From Aulosira sp. ZfuVER01 (GTDB taxonomy: Bacteria > Cyanobacteriota > Cyanobacteriia > Cyanobacteriales > Nostocaceae): a stretch of DNA of 32,000 bases. The notes below the pieces were generated by a model. The model ran no database searches and was not told the origin of the DNA. It was given only the letters and a program-made list of their open reading frames with translations. The stretch lies in contig JAVRCV020000052.1 of NCBI GenBank assembly GCA_034530615.2, positions 122,559 to 154,558 on the forward strand, in the 5' to 3' direction. Shown in pieces: positions 14,905 to 24,528 of this stretch. Each line of letters opens with the position of its first letter. The first letter of the stretch is position 1. Position numbers and translations under genes: made by a program.

Positions 14905-16470
14905 TTAATTGTCATTTATTGCCCATGTAATTAATGCTTGGGTCAATCCATCTAAAGTATATTCTTCCGCTTCTACATCTACTCTTCGGAGTAAATCGTG
15001 ACAAGTTTTGGAAGTTTGGGGGCCAATTGAGGCAATACAGACTCCTGCTAAGACATCTGAATTGTTGCTGAATTTATTTTCAATCAGTTGACAGAAAAAT
15101 TGCACAGTTTTAGAACTGGCAAAAGTAATTATATCGACCTCATGATTTTGCAGCGCTAATTCTGCGGTTTGGGGGATACTGCTGGGACAACAAGATTGAT
15201 ATGCTGCAACTTCTATCACTTCTGCGCCCTTCGCAGTTAATTCTTTAACTAAAACTTCTCGTCCACCGCTTTCAACTCTCGGAAATAAAACTTTTTTCCC
15301 CGATAGTTCCTCTGGGAATTTTTCTACTAAAGAATCTGCGACAAAATTAGGGGGAATAAAATCTGGTTGCAAACCGCGTTTTTTGAGGCTTTGGGCTGTT
15401 TTTTCGCCAACCACAGCAATTTTGACATTAGCTAAGGTACGCGCATCTTTACCTTGTGCAGTTAATCTGTCAAAAAAGTAGTCTACACCATTAGTAGAAG
15501 TGAGAATTAACCAGTCAAAGTTAGCTAAATTAGCGATCGCATTATCCAACGCTTCCCAACTTGAAGGCGGGCCAATTTCTAAGGTAGGCATTTCAATGAC
15601 AGTTGCGCCTGCGGCTGAGAGGCGATCGCAAAATTGGCTGGACTGTCCAACGGCACGTGTGACTAAGATTGTTTTACCACTGAGAGCTGACATAGTTGAA
15701 GGGCTGGAATTTTTATCTGTAGTTAAGTTCGCTGAGGATATTTTCTCAGGTTGTAGGTAATTCCGTAGCCCGACAACCTCGCCAATGACAATTACAACTG
15801 GCGAAAGAGATAAGCCTGCTGTTGTTTCTAAAATATTGCCCAGTTGATCTATCCAAATTTGTTGATTGGGAGTTCCTGCCCAGCGGATGATGGCAATAGG
15901 TGTGAGATGCGATCGCCCTTGTCGCAGCAGCCGATGTACAATCTCTGCTAGATGTTGCCCACCCATCAAAATTACTAAAGTTTCTAGCCTTGACAACGCT
16001 TCCCAATCTAAAGCATCTGGTTCATGTGCTGTCAACACTGCAAAACAGCGACTCAAAACCGGATCTGTCAGGGGAATTCCGGCTAATAACGGTGCTGCTA
16101 AAGCCGAAGAAATTCCTGGTACAACTTCAAATGCACAGCCAGATGACTTCAATGCCTCAATTTCGGCAGTACAGCGCCCAAAGATAAACGGATCGCCTGA
16201 TTTTAGCCGCACAACTTGTTTGCCCTGCTGGCAATACTTGACTAATAACTTATTAATTTCAGCTTGCGGTGTGCTGGGTTTACCACCACGTTTGCCTACA
16301 TCTAACTTCAAACAATCAAGTGGTACACACTCCAACAATTGCTCATCTACTAGGGCATCGTATACCAATACCTGAGCTTGCTTTAAGAGATTGTTAGCTT
16401 TTACCGTTAGATATGCCACATCTCCTGGCCCAGCACCTACCAGGTAAACTTTGCCCATTTCTTCAATCAT
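14905..16470 (-). CDS. cobA: Bifunctional uroporphyrinogen-III C-methyltransferase / uroporphyrinogen-III synthase (CobA-HemD fusion)
   Basis: The N-terminal half has the SUMT signature VYLVGAGPGD...LKSGDPFIFGR. After an S/T-rich linker of about 20 aa, the C-terminal half (KTILVTR...DWLILTSTNGV...IGPQT) is HemD-like. Confidence 0.85.
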   Translation of the reverse strand: MIEEMGKVYLVGAGPGDVAYLTVKANNLLKQAQVLVYDALVDEQLLECVPLDCLKLDVGKRGGKPSTPQAEINKLLVKYCQQGKQVVRLKSGDPFIFGRCTAEIEALKSSGCAFEVVPGISSALAAPLLAGIPLTDPVLSRCFAVLTAHEPDALDWEALSRLETLVILMGGQHLAEIVHRLLRQGRSHLTPIAIIRWAGTPNQQIWIDQLGNILETTAGLSLSPVVIVIGEVVGLRNYLQPEKISSANLTTDKNSSPSTMSALSGKTILVTRAVGQSSQFCDRLSAAGATVIEMPTLEIGPPSSWEALDNAIANLANFDWLILTSTNGVDYFFDRLTAQGKDARTLANVKIAVVGEKTAQSLKKRGLQPDFIPPNFVADSLVEKFPEELSGKKVLFPRVESGGREVLVKELTAKGAEVIEVAAYQSCCPSSIPQTAELALQNHEVDIITFASSKTVQFFCQLIENKFSNNSDVLAGVCIASIGPQTSKTCHDLLRRVDVEAEEYTLDGLTQALITWAINDN

Positions 16471-16546
16471 TTACTTAAATTTATTTGTGATTTTTCTAAA
16501 ATATGAAACTGAGATACTTGCATTTATTTAAATATTAAATTTTGAT

Positions 16547-16601
16547 TTCGTAGTCAGCATTTTAGTGCTGTCAAATCTAGGACTAAAGTCCTGACTACGA
16601 A
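16547..16601. repeat. Dispersed hairpin repeat (TTCGTAGTCAG ... AGGACTAAAGTCCTGACTACGAA); probable operon-end terminator
   Basis: The outer arms are 16547-16557 and 16591-16601, 11 bp and perfectly complementary. The inner palindrome is aggactaaagtcct. A related half-copy gacgaaagtcctcactacaaac occurs at 25553-25574. Confidence 0.65.
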
Positions 16602-16623
16602 CTTAATTTACCCCTGAATATTG

Positions 16624-17091
16624 TTAATTTGATTTAGCATTCATTTTATCGAGAATACTGGTAATTTTCTCAGCCTTTTCCGGTTGACGTTGTTTCTGCA
16701 ATAAATCTCTAGCTATTTGCAGGTTAGTTTTAACTGCTTCTTTCTGTTCTTGCTGCATCATTAAATTGGCTAAACGCAAGTAAGCTTGAGGGTTTTTAGG
16801 ACTGCGCTGAATTACGTCTTCAAACCATTCTTGTCCCTCCTCAACTTTGCCTTGCTCCTTTAACACATCTCCTAACAGCAACCGAACCATATCATTGGTC
16901 GAGTTAAGAGAAATCACTTTCCGAAAAGCCGCTTCTGCACCTTCATAATCTTGCTGTTGGTAAAGATTAACACCTTTTTGGAAAAAGTTTGAGGTAATCA
17001 AAGTTTTCCCAGCAAAATAAATGAGTAAAACAATACTGGAAACTACGACAACAATGGCAACAATATCATTAGTGTGAAAGGTTTCTAGCAT
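16624..17091 (-). CDS. Membrane-anchored TPR protein
   Basis: It has an N-terminal TM helix (IVAIVVVVSSIVLLIYFAG) followed by TPR-like helices (YQQQDYEGAEAAFRKVISLN..., PKNPQAYLRLANLMMQQ). Its start lies 4 nt after the upstream stop. Confidence 0.8.
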   Translation of the reverse strand: MLETFHTNDIVAIVVVVSSIVLLIYFAGKTLITSNFFQKGVNLYQQQDYEGAEAAFRKVISLNSTNDMVRLLLGDVLKEQGKVEEGQEWFEDVIQRSPKNPQAYLRLANLMMQQEQKEAVKTNLQIARDLLQKQRQPEKAEKITSILDKMNAKSN

Positions 17092-17095
17092 TTTT

Positions 17096-18028
17096 TTAAG
17101 CCAAAAGACAGGCGATGGGAAAAATCAGATATTCAATGAAAAACAGTTTCCAGATAAATTGGTAAAACTGAGCGATCGCACGTTTTTCTTGTAAGTCTAC
17201 TGCCAAACTGCGCACCCACATCAAACACAGCAATACTAGATGAGTAATTACTAAGAATAGAGCGTTAACAGCGGCTATGTGTAACACACCCACTAAAATC
17301 ATCCCCAAATAGCAAACAGTTAACACCCAAAGTGCCAGATTAAAGACTGTTCGCGGCCCGAGTTGGATAGTCAAAGTATTGATATTGTACAAGCGATCGC
17401 CTTCCATATCGGGGACATCTTTAAAGATAGCGATCGCAAATGTAAACACCAAAATAAACACCGTCAGCACCCAAACCGACGGTGGAATTGACGTGTTTTG
17501 TTGTAATAGCCAACTAAAGTGCAAAAATAACCCTAAATTAACAATCGTTCCCCTTACTGAAAAAATGCAGAAAGCTGCCCAAAAAGGAAAACGCTTCAAA
17601 CGAATTGGTGGTAAAGAATAAGCAGTCCCAAGTGCTAGACTAATAGCCACCATCCCCAATAAAAAAGGGCCATTCAGCCAAGCTACAACTAGTGCCAAAA
17701 CACCAGTAATTGCAACAATTAATTGCCCTTGGATTTTAGAAAATGCCCCTGATGCCAGTGGGAGATGAGGCTTATTAATCTTGTCAATCTCAATATCTTC
17801 GAGTTGATTCAGTCCCACAATATAAACATTGCCACACAAACAGGCAATCCAAGCTCCCAAGACAGGTATCAGGGAAAAATGACGATTGCCTACAGCAATA
17901 GCAATCAAATACAAAGCCAAGACACTTAAACTCGTGCCAATAATTGTATGTGGACGAGAAAATTGCCAAAAAGCATAAAACCAGCGACCCCACACACTCA
18001 AAGACTTTTGTCTAGAAAACTGATTCAT
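17096..18028 (-). CDS. hpt: Homogentisate phytyltransferase (UbiA family; tocopherol synthesis)
   Basis: Blocks match my recollection of Synechocystis slr1736: FWQFSRPHTIIGTSLSV, GNVYIVGLNQLEDIEIDKINKPHLPLASG, AIAIFKDVPDMEGDR and FYQFIWKLFFIEYL. Confidence 0.85.
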   Translation of the reverse strand: MNQFSRQKSLSVWGRWFYAFWQFSRPHTIIGTSLSVLALYLIAIAVGNRHFSLIPVLGAWIACLCGNVYIVGLNQLEDIEIDKINKPHLPLASGAFSKIQGQLIVAITGVLALVVAWLNGPFLLGMVAISLALGTAYSLPPIRLKRFPFWAAFCIFSVRGTIVNLGLFLHFSWLLQQNTSIPPSVWVLTVFILVFTFAIAIFKDVPDMEGDRLYNINTLTIQLGPRTVFNLALWVLTVCYLGMILVGVLHIAAVNALFLVITHLVLLCLMWVRSLAVDLQEKRAIAQFYQFIWKLFFIEYLIFPIACLLA

Positions 18029-18031
18029 GCT

Positions 18032-18874
18032 CTACTTATTCCCGCACAACAACCCAAACCGAATCAAGCCACGCTGATAACCTCGACGCATCAAACCTAG
18101 TGATAGCGCCCCAACAATCGTCGTCCAGCCGGAAGTTAGTAACCCCCAAATCGCTTTGGGAGTAAATGCCGAATCAATCACAAAATCCCAAAATGGCGCA
18201 ACAGCAGTTGACCAATCGGCAGTACGAATATTTTGTAAGGGAAGTTGAGATGCGATCGCGGTATACTCTGGCAACGAAATCACATAAGGTAAACAATACA
18301 CTTGATAAATTTCTTGCAAGTGTTTTTGTTCATCCTCTGTCAATGGAGAGTTGTCAATCGGGCGATGACACCAAGTCACCATAATCAACTTGCCACCAGG
18401 TTTCAGCACTCGGTAGCACTCCTGCATAAACTTGGTTTTATCTGGCATATGTTCGCCACTTTCCAAAGACCAAACCAAGTCAAAAGTATTGTCATCAAAA
18501 GGCATTGCTTGCGCATCTACGACCAAGAATTGACTTCTATGGCTTAAATTAAGCTCTTGGGCACGTTCTGTGGCTCTAGTCGCTTGTACTGGACTCAGAG
18601 TAATCCCCGTTGCCCTAGCATGAAACTTTTCTGCTAGGTACAGAGAACTACCGCCAATACCACAGCCTACATCCAAGATATTTTCCGCTGTTGTTACCCC
18701 TGCCCAATTAAGCAGTTCTTCGATTAAATCAATTTGAGCTTGTCGGCGGTCTTTTTTTTGCGTCCCATCTGGCCCGTAGTAGCCATGATGCATGTGTTCG
18801 CCCCAAATGTCTTCCCAAAGACCAGAGGAGGCATCGTAAAACTGCTGGATTTTTTGGTAAAGTATTGCACTCAT
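18032..18874 (-). CDS. Gamma-tocopherol methyltransferase (SAM-dependent)
   Basis: Blocks match my recollection of Synechocystis slr0089: FYDASSGLWEDIWGEHMHHGYYGP, RRQAQIDLIEELLNWA, LDVGCGIGGSSLYLA, WSLESGEHMPDK and VYCLPYVISLPEY. Confidence 0.85.
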   Translation of the reverse strand: MSAILYQKIQQFYDASSGLWEDIWGEHMHHGYYGPDGTQKKDRRQAQIDLIEELLNWAGVTTAENILDVGCGIGGSSLYLAEKFHARATGITLSPVQATRATERAQELNLSHRSQFLVVDAQAMPFDDNTFDLVWSLESGEHMPDKTKFMQECYRVLKPGGKLIMVTWCHRPIDNSPLTEDEQKHLQEIYQVYCLPYVISLPEYTAIASQLPLQNIRTADWSTAVAPFWDFVIDSAFTPKAIWGLLTSGWTTIVGALSLGLMRRGYQRGLIRFGLLCGNK

Positions 18875-19025
18875 GAAGAAAGCAGTGTTAAGACAAAGCA
18901 GAATTTAAATAAACATATTCGTAGGCTACCATGTGTGTTTTTAATTAAATAAGGGTGTTTTGGATTTTAGAGAAGGTAAACCCCATGCATACCCCCTTCG
19001 CAAAATTTATGAATCTTACCTTGGT

Positions 19026-20360
19026 ATGACTGTTTCTCGCACAATTTGTTTAGGGTTTTTAGCTGTCATCACTGTAGGAACTATCCTACTGATGTTGCCT
19101 TTTTCTACTACTAGTGGTAATTGGAACGACCCAATTGTGGCGTTATTCACTTCAACATCCGCAGTTTGTGTTACTGGGTTATCGGTAGTCGATCCTGGCA
19201 CTTATTTTTCCTTTTGGGGTCAGTTTTTTATTGCGCTATTGGTTCAAATAGGTGGTTTGGGCTACATGACAACTACCACTTTTTTGATTTTGCTCATTGG
19301 GCGCAAGTTTGACTTGCGAGACAAAATTGCAATTCAACAAGCTTTAGATCGACCAGGGATGAGTGGTAGTGCCCAAGTGATTCGCTCGATTATTGCCACT
19401 ACCCTAATTTTTGAAATCACTGGAGTGTTTTTACTCCTACCAGCATTTGTGCCAGATCATGGTTGGAACAAAGGACTCTGGTTGGCGATTTTCCATAGTG
19501 TTAATTCTTGGAATAATGCAGGTTTTAGCCTTTTCAAGGATAATTTAATTGGCTATCAGTCATCATTACTCGTAGTATTCACAGTTACAACATTAATTAT
19601 TTTTGGGGGCATTGGTTATCAGGTAATTTTAGAAATGTACCTCTGGTTACGCGATCGCATCTTCAAAAAAATAGCCTGCCAAGTATTTTCACTAGATTTT
19701 AAAGTTGCTACTAGCACAACATTATTACTTTTATTTGTTGGAACTCTTGCCTTTTTATCAATCGAGTTTAGAAACCCTGAAACTTTTGGAGGAATGAATT
19801 TACGCGACCAATTATTATTAGCTTGGTTTCAATCTGTTACTCCTAGAACTGCTGGTTTTAACACCATTGATATTGGTAAAATGACAACTGCTGGTTTATT
19901 TATCACTATTGCACTGATGTTTATTGGTGCAAGTCCAGGCGGGACAGGCGGTGGTATGAAAACCACAACATTGAGAATTCTCACCAGTTGTACCCAATCA
20001 ATTCTCCAAGGGAAAGAAGAAGTTTTATTATATGAGCGTAAAATCGCAATCAATCTAATTTTGAAAGCTGTGGGTGTGTTAGTTGGTTCTGTAGCGCTCG
20101 TGATTTTGTCTACAATTTTAATTGCCCTGACAGATCCAAATTTAGATTTTATTCAAATTTTGTTTGAAGTAGTATCAGCCTTTGCTACAGTTGGTCTTTC
20201 AACTGGTATTACAGGAAGTGTCTCCACTGCTGCCAAGCTAATATTAATTCTCACAATGTATATTGGACGGGTTGGTGTTTTACTCCTCATGTCTGCTATA
20301 TTAGGCGACCCACGCCCAACCCGAATTCACTACCCCGAAGAAAACTTGTTAGTGGGATAA
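19026..20360 (+). CDS. ktrB: TrkH/KtrB-family potassium transporter membrane subunit
   Basis: Polytopic membrane protein with repeated selectivity-filter-like segments (CVTGLS, QIGGLGY, NNAGFS, RTAGFNT, PGGTGGGMKTTT, ATVGLSTG). I prefer the ATG at 19026 over the track's TTG at 18960. Confidence 0.88.
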   Translation: MTVSRTICLGFLAVITVGTILLMLPFSTTSGNWNDPIVALFTSTSAVCVTGLSVVDPGTYFSFWGQFFIALLVQIGGLGYMTTTTFLILLIGRKFDLRDKIAIQQALDRPGMSGSAQVIRSIIATTLIFEITGVFLLLPAFVPDHGWNKGLWLAIFHSVNSWNNAGFSLFKDNLIGYQSSLLVVFTVTTLIIFGGIGYQVILEMYLWLRDRIFKKIACQVFSLDFKVATSTTLLLLFVGTLAFLSIEFRNPETFGGMNLRDQLLLAWFQSVTPRTAGFNTIDIGKMTTAGLFITIALMFIGASPGGTGGGMKTTTLRILTSCTQSILQGKEEVLLYERKIAINLILKAVGVLVGSVALVILSTILIALTDPNLDFIQILFEVVSAFATVGLSTGITGSVSTAAKLILILTMYIGRVGVLLLMSAILGDPRPTRIHYPEENLLVG

Positions 20361-20507
20361 ACATAGTCAATATATTAATACCGAGATGATAATAACATTC
20401 AATAAATAACCTGATAAAATTTACACTGATAGGCAAAACTAGATTTTTGTTTATCAGTGTATTTTTTATGCCCTAAATCCAGGGAGCGCTATTTAAGGAT
20501 AAAACTT

Positions 20508-21203
20508 GTGAATCTTTCAGCATTAAGCTTTTTTCGCAGTTTACGTAAAGATAACCATCAATTTGCAGTAGTTGGTTTAGGTCGTTTTGGTCGCTCTGTA
20601 TCTTCTACACTGCATAGATTAGGTTATGAAGTATTAGCAACAGATATTGATGAAAAGCGAGTATCTGAAGCATTGACGGATCAGATAGTTGGTCATGCTT
20701 TGCAGTTAGACTCTACAGAACCTGCTGCACTGAAAGAAGCAGGAATTTTTGAATTTGATACAGTTATCGTGGCAATTGGTAACTATGTTCAAGAAAGTAT
20801 TATCACTACTTTAAATGTCAAAGAGGGGGGTGTACCCCATGTAGTGGCTAAAGCTTCTAGCGAAGTTCACCAAAAGCTGTTGAAACGAGTGGGTGCAGAT
20901 CATGTTGTTTTCCCAGAATACGAAGCAGGTTGTGCCCTTGCACGCACACTCACCAAACCATCAATCATAGAGCGATTTGACCTCGATCCAGACAACAGTA
21001 TTGTAGAGTTGATTGTCCCTGATGAATTTCACGGTAGAACTATTACTGAACTCCAACTGCGTAACCGCTATGGGGTGAATTTGGTGGCAATGAGTCAGGA
21101 TGGTAAATTTGTCATTAATCCTGACCCAACTAAACGTCTACAGCGTGGTTCAGCGATGGTAGTTATTGGCCACAACAAAGATATTAATCGCTTGCCAATT
21201 TGA
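20508..21203 (+). CDS. ktrA: TrkA/KtrA-family RCK regulatory subunit
   Basis: It has the Rossmann motif FAVVGLGRFGRSV and a C-terminal TrkA_C-like region (ELIVPDEFHGRTITELQLRNRYGVNLVAM). The start is uncertain. I chose the GTG at 20508, while the track begins at a GTG at 20457. Confidence 0.8.
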   Translation: MNLSALSFFRSLRKDNHQFAVVGLGRFGRSVSSTLHRLGYEVLATDIDEKRVSEALTDQIVGHALQLDSTEPAALKEAGIFEFDTVIVAIGNYVQESIITTLNVKEGGVPHVVAKASSEVHQKLLKRVGADHVVFPEYEAGCALARTLTKPSIIERFDLDPDNSIVELIVPDEFHGRTITELQLRNRYGVNLVAMSQDGKFVINPDPTKRLQRGSAMVVIGHNKDINRLPI

Positions 21204-21290
21204 TCTCTAACCTAGCTCTTGATGAGCGATCGCGTCTGGAATTTCTTCAACAGAAATCACATATTTGAATCTTCCACCCACAAAAACGAA

Positions 21291-21323
21291 AAAATACGTC
21301 CAAGCTAATCTTGAACGTATTTT
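21291..21323. terminator. Hairpin between convergent ktrA and TPR genes (candidate bidirectional terminator)
   Basis: The arm aaaatacgtccaag, the loop ctaat and the arm cttgaacgtatttt, with 13 of 14 positions paired. On the minus strand the hairpin is followed by TTCGTTTTT. Confidence 0.6.
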
Positions 21324-21345
21324 AATTGGCAGCTAAAGCTAAATC

Positions 21346-22542
21346 TTAAAGGGGATTCATGGAAGTAGGTTGTGGTTCCAAAACTGGAACATAGCCAGGA
21401 TCTTCTTGCGCGGCTTGCGGAACTTCTACTTGATTTGGCTGTTGTGCCTCAGTTGGTTTGAATATGATAGTTCTAGTGCTTGCAGCCGCAGCAGGAGTCG
21501 CTCGTTCCCTAGCTTGAGCTTGCCGCGCTGCTTCTTTTTGGGCAATTTGCAGCATTAAAGAATCAATTTTATCGGTTTGTGCGATGTTGCTTTGTCCTTG
21601 ATACTCTTGACGGGCACGTTTCAAGGCGCTGTTAGCTTCTTTGATATGGCCTTGATTGTATAAAGTCACTCCCAAATTGTAGAAAGCCAAAGCATTTTTA
21701 GGATTCTGACGCACAGCTTGCTGGTAAACAGCAATCGCCTCAGATGTTTGACCTTGCATTACCATCAAACTGCCCAAGTTGTTGTAAGCTGTGGCATTTT
21801 CAGGATCTCGTTGTAAGGCTTGTTGATAAGCAGCGATCGCTTCTGGAAGTTGACCTTGCTGTTGTAGGGCGATCGCTAAATTAAAATAAGCATTGGCATT
21901 ACTGCCATTAAGATTAAGTGCCTGCTGATAAGCAGCGATCGCTTCTTGGATTTGTCCTTGTTCGTAAAGTGCCAATCCTAGGTTATATTGGGCTGCTGCC
22001 ATTGTTGGATCTATCACCAGGCTTTGGCGATAAGCGGTAATCGCTGCTTCTCTTTGACCTTGTTGGTGCAACGCTAACCCTAAGTTGTAATAAGCCTCGC
22101 CGTAATTAGGATTTATCCTAATTGCCTCTGCATACTCTTGTGCTGCAACATCCAAGCGGTTTTGTTGTAAAAGAATATTGCCCAAGTAATTCCGTGCTAT
22201 TGCCAGATTAGAGTCTCGTCGCAAGGCTTCGCGGAAGGCATATTCTGCGCCTTGTAAGTCTTGGCGGTTATAGCGCATAAATCCCTGCTGGAAAAAGCTA
22301 GCTGCATCCAGATCCTTACTGACAACGTTCTGGGCTAAGAGCTTGCTTCCTGGTAAATTAATTATTGTGGGTGCAGCTAATACCAAAAATGCAACGGAAG
22401 TGGAAAGCAACTGCCGATGAGCACTCCGATGCTGCGCTACTTGAGAAAAACTGCGAAACCACTGGCGAAGTTGATGTTGGTTAAACATGAGTGGCAGGCC
22501 TGTACTTATTGTTAGATCCTTATAAGTCAGAGTACCCACCAC
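21346..22542 (-). CDS. TPR repeat protein with an N-terminal signal/anchor
   Basis: About seven consecutive 34-aa TPR units (AxxYNLGxAL.QQGQ..EAIAAYQQAL..DP). The N-terminal hydrophobic segment is VAFLVLAAPTIINLPG, and the tail is P/Q/A-rich. Confidence 0.85.
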   Translation of the reverse strand: MVGTLTYKDLTISTGLPLMFNQHQLRQWFRSFSQVAQHRSAHRQLLSTSVAFLVLAAPTIINLPGSKLLAQNVVSKDLDAASFFQQGFMRYNRQDLQGAEYAFREALRRDSNLAIARNYLGNILLQQNRLDVAAQEYAEAIRINPNYGEAYYNLGLALHQQGQREAAITAYRQSLVIDPTMAAAQYNLGLALYEQGQIQEAIAAYQQALNLNGSNANAYFNLAIALQQQGQLPEAIAAYQQALQRDPENATAYNNLGSLMVMQGQTSEAIAVYQQAVRQNPKNALAFYNLGVTLYNQGHIKEANSALKRARQEYQGQSNIAQTDKIDSLMLQIAQKEAARQAQARERATPAAAASTRTIIFKPTEAQQPNQVEVPQAAQEDPGYVPVLEPQPTSMNPL

Positions 22543-22575
22543 AACATGAAAAATTAAAAGTCAAATTTAAAGATT

Positions 22576-23832
22576 TTAAATACTTGACTCAGAACTTGAA
22601 CCTGTTACCGCTTCTGGCAAAATTAACATCGCATCCCCGAAAGAATAGAAACGATATCGAGCAGCGATCGCTTCTTGGTATATCTTTAACAATCTTTCCC
22701 TACCAATCAAAGCACTTACCAGCATTAATAAACTAGAGCGTGGCAAGTGAAAATTAGTAATTAGACCATCCACTACCCGCCATTGGTAGCCAGGGTAGAT
22801 GAATAAGTCTGTCTTACCACAAAATGGTTGTAAATTCCCAGATTGCGCCGCCCCTTCTAAAGCTCTGACTGCTGTTGTACCCACAGCAATAATCCGACCA
22901 CCTGCTGCTTTAGTAGCCTCGATCTGCTCTACTGTGGAGGCGGGAACTTCAATCCATTCTTCATGCATTTGGTGGCTAGTGACATCTTCCACTTCCACAG
23001 GGCGAAATGTTCCTACACCAACGTGCAGTGTAATAAAAGCTTGATTAATGCCGCGATCGCGCAACTTTTCGAGTAATTCTGGAGTAAAGTGTAACCCCGC
23101 CGTTGGTGCTGCGATCGCTCCGGGATATTTAGCATAAACAGTCTGATACTGTTCGTCATCAGCTTCCGATGCAGTGATATAGGGCGGTAAAGGTACTTCA
23201 CCAAATACATCCAACAATTGCACCAAAGAAACTCCCTCTGGCAGTTCAAATTGTAATAGCCGCCCCCCAGTCGCCTTATCCGTTGCGAGTACAGTAGCTG
23301 TGAGAGATGAGGGAGACTCGGAGAGGGGGAGACGCGGAGACGAGGTGAAAGAATTCCCCGCGTCCCCGCGTCTCCATGTCCCCGCGTCCTCTGCTCCCCC
23401 TACTCCCCTTCCCCTTGGCTCAAAAATAATTTTCGCTCCCCGTTTGAAGCGTTTTCCTGGCTTGACTAAAGCCAACCAACAGTTATACTGTTGTTCCTCT
23501 AGCAATAACACCTCAATTTCCGCACCAGTAGATTTACGGCCATAAAGTCGAGCCGGAATAACTTTTGTGTTATTCATTATCAGTAAATCTCCGGATCGTA
23601 AAATTTCTGGCAGATCGCGGAAAATATGGTGTATACTTCGGGGATTTACTACTAGTAACCGAGAGCTATCTCTAGGTAATACTGGATTTTGGGCTATGAG
23701 TTCGGGCGGAAGTTCGTAGTCATAACCAGCTAATGAACAGTCTAAGTTCACATTTTCTACCCCTAGGTTCGAGGTATGGTTTAAATTGGCTTGTGTTAGT
23801 TGTTGCTTCATTGAGATTGAGTCTGCCTTCAA
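22576..23832 (-). CDS. queA: S-adenosylmethionine:tRNA ribosyltransferase-isomerase
   Basis: Conserved blocks: [62 protein letters not shown] and [16 protein letters not shown]. At 418 aa it is long for QueA, partly because of the internal insertion listed next. The start may be M1 or M8. Confidence 0.92.
   Translation of the reverse strand: MKADSISMKQQLTQANLNHTSNLGVENVNLDCSLAGYDYELPPELIAQNPVLPRDSSRLLVVNPRSIHHIFRDLPEILRSGDLLIMNNTKVIPARLYGRKSTGAEIEVLLLEEQQYNCWLALVKPGKRFKRGAKIIFEPRGRGVGGAEDAGTWRRGDAGNSFTSSPRLPLSESPSSLTATVLATDKATGGRLLQFELPEGVSLVQLLDVFGEVPLPPYITASEADDEQYQTVYAKYPGAIAAPTAGLHFTPELLEKLRDRGINQAFITLHVGVGTFRPVEVEDVTSHQMHEEWIEVPASTVEQIEATKAAGGRIIAVGTTAVRALEGAAQSGNLQPFCGKTDLFIYPGYQWRVVDGLITNFHLPRSSLLMLVSALIGRERLLKIYQEAIAARYRFYSFGDAMLILPEAVTGSSSESSI
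23305..23415. repeat. GC-rich palindromic repeat element inserted in frame within queA
   Basis: Purine arm gggagactcggagagggggagacgcggagacgagg. Pyrimidine arm with CCCCGCGT at 23356, 23364 and 23380. Positions 23328-23342 pair with 23361-23375 at 14 of 15 positions. The element is translated as [37 protein letters not shown]. Confidence 0.75.
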
Positions 23833-24051
23833 TCAACCTGTTTGAGCTTTTCTGATTTATCAAGCTCAAGGGGATCGCTGCTCGATTTAATTCCTTGATT
23901 TTAAGATTGATAGTATTACGTAACACGGAACCCCCAACATAAAAATTGGGTAAACCTCCCTATCTAAAAACGGGGGCTTTTACCCTACCGGGATCTGGCA
24001 TTTATTGACGAATATATAAATGTAGGATTGGCTTTGATCCCAAGCACCAAC

Positions 24052-24441
24052 ATGGAATACTTGTATTACCTGGCAAATGCCAGTCTAACACTGAGGGTCG
24101 TTCAATACCTGCATGGCAGACCCCAGATGCCCGTTTCCTTCGTCACCGTAATTCATCAAATAGATGGCTGGGTGGTGAGGATCAAACTCAAAGGTCAAGT
24201 CTCGCCTCAGGTTGACGGTGACTTTCGAGCTTTTCTTAATGAATTAGGAATCAGCTACGAACCACCCATGCGGGTACAAATGGCACTTTGGAGTTTGGAA
24301 GCTGGACAGTGTCCTGTAGACGTAATGCGTCGCTACCAAGTAGCTATCGTTTCTCATGGTAGCCCCGAAAGAGAAGAAATTGAGGCATTCCGACAACAGT
24401 TTGTTCGCGGATTAGGTTACTGTCCCGAAACATTGGCGTAA
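24052..24441 (+). CDS. Hypothetical protein
   Basis: ORF with balanced composition. I prefer the ATG at 24052 (MEYLYYLANAS...) over the track's TTG at 24028. I recognise no domain. Confidence 0.6.
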   Translation: MEYLYYLANASLTLRVVQYLHGRPQMPVSFVTVIHQIDGWVVRIKLKGQVSPQVDGDFRAFLNELGISYEPPMRVQMALWSLEAGQCPVDVMRRYQVAIVSHGSPEREEIEAFRQQFVRGLGYCPETLA

Positions 24442-24528
24442 TGACCTTTGGCTTTAAGACTGTGGCAAAATAATTTGGTAATTGGTTGTTAGTAACTAGA
24501 GATTGTATCTATAAATACTAGTGACCAA

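Noticed and set aside
15500-16375. Plus-strand ORFs (15500-15760, 15866-16375, 15990-16187) and an out-of-frame minus-strand ORF (15746-16006) inside cobA-hemD
   Set aside because: They are fully embedded in a gene with strong motif support on the minus strand. Their products are rich in R/S/C/P, as is typical of out-of-frame or antisense translation.
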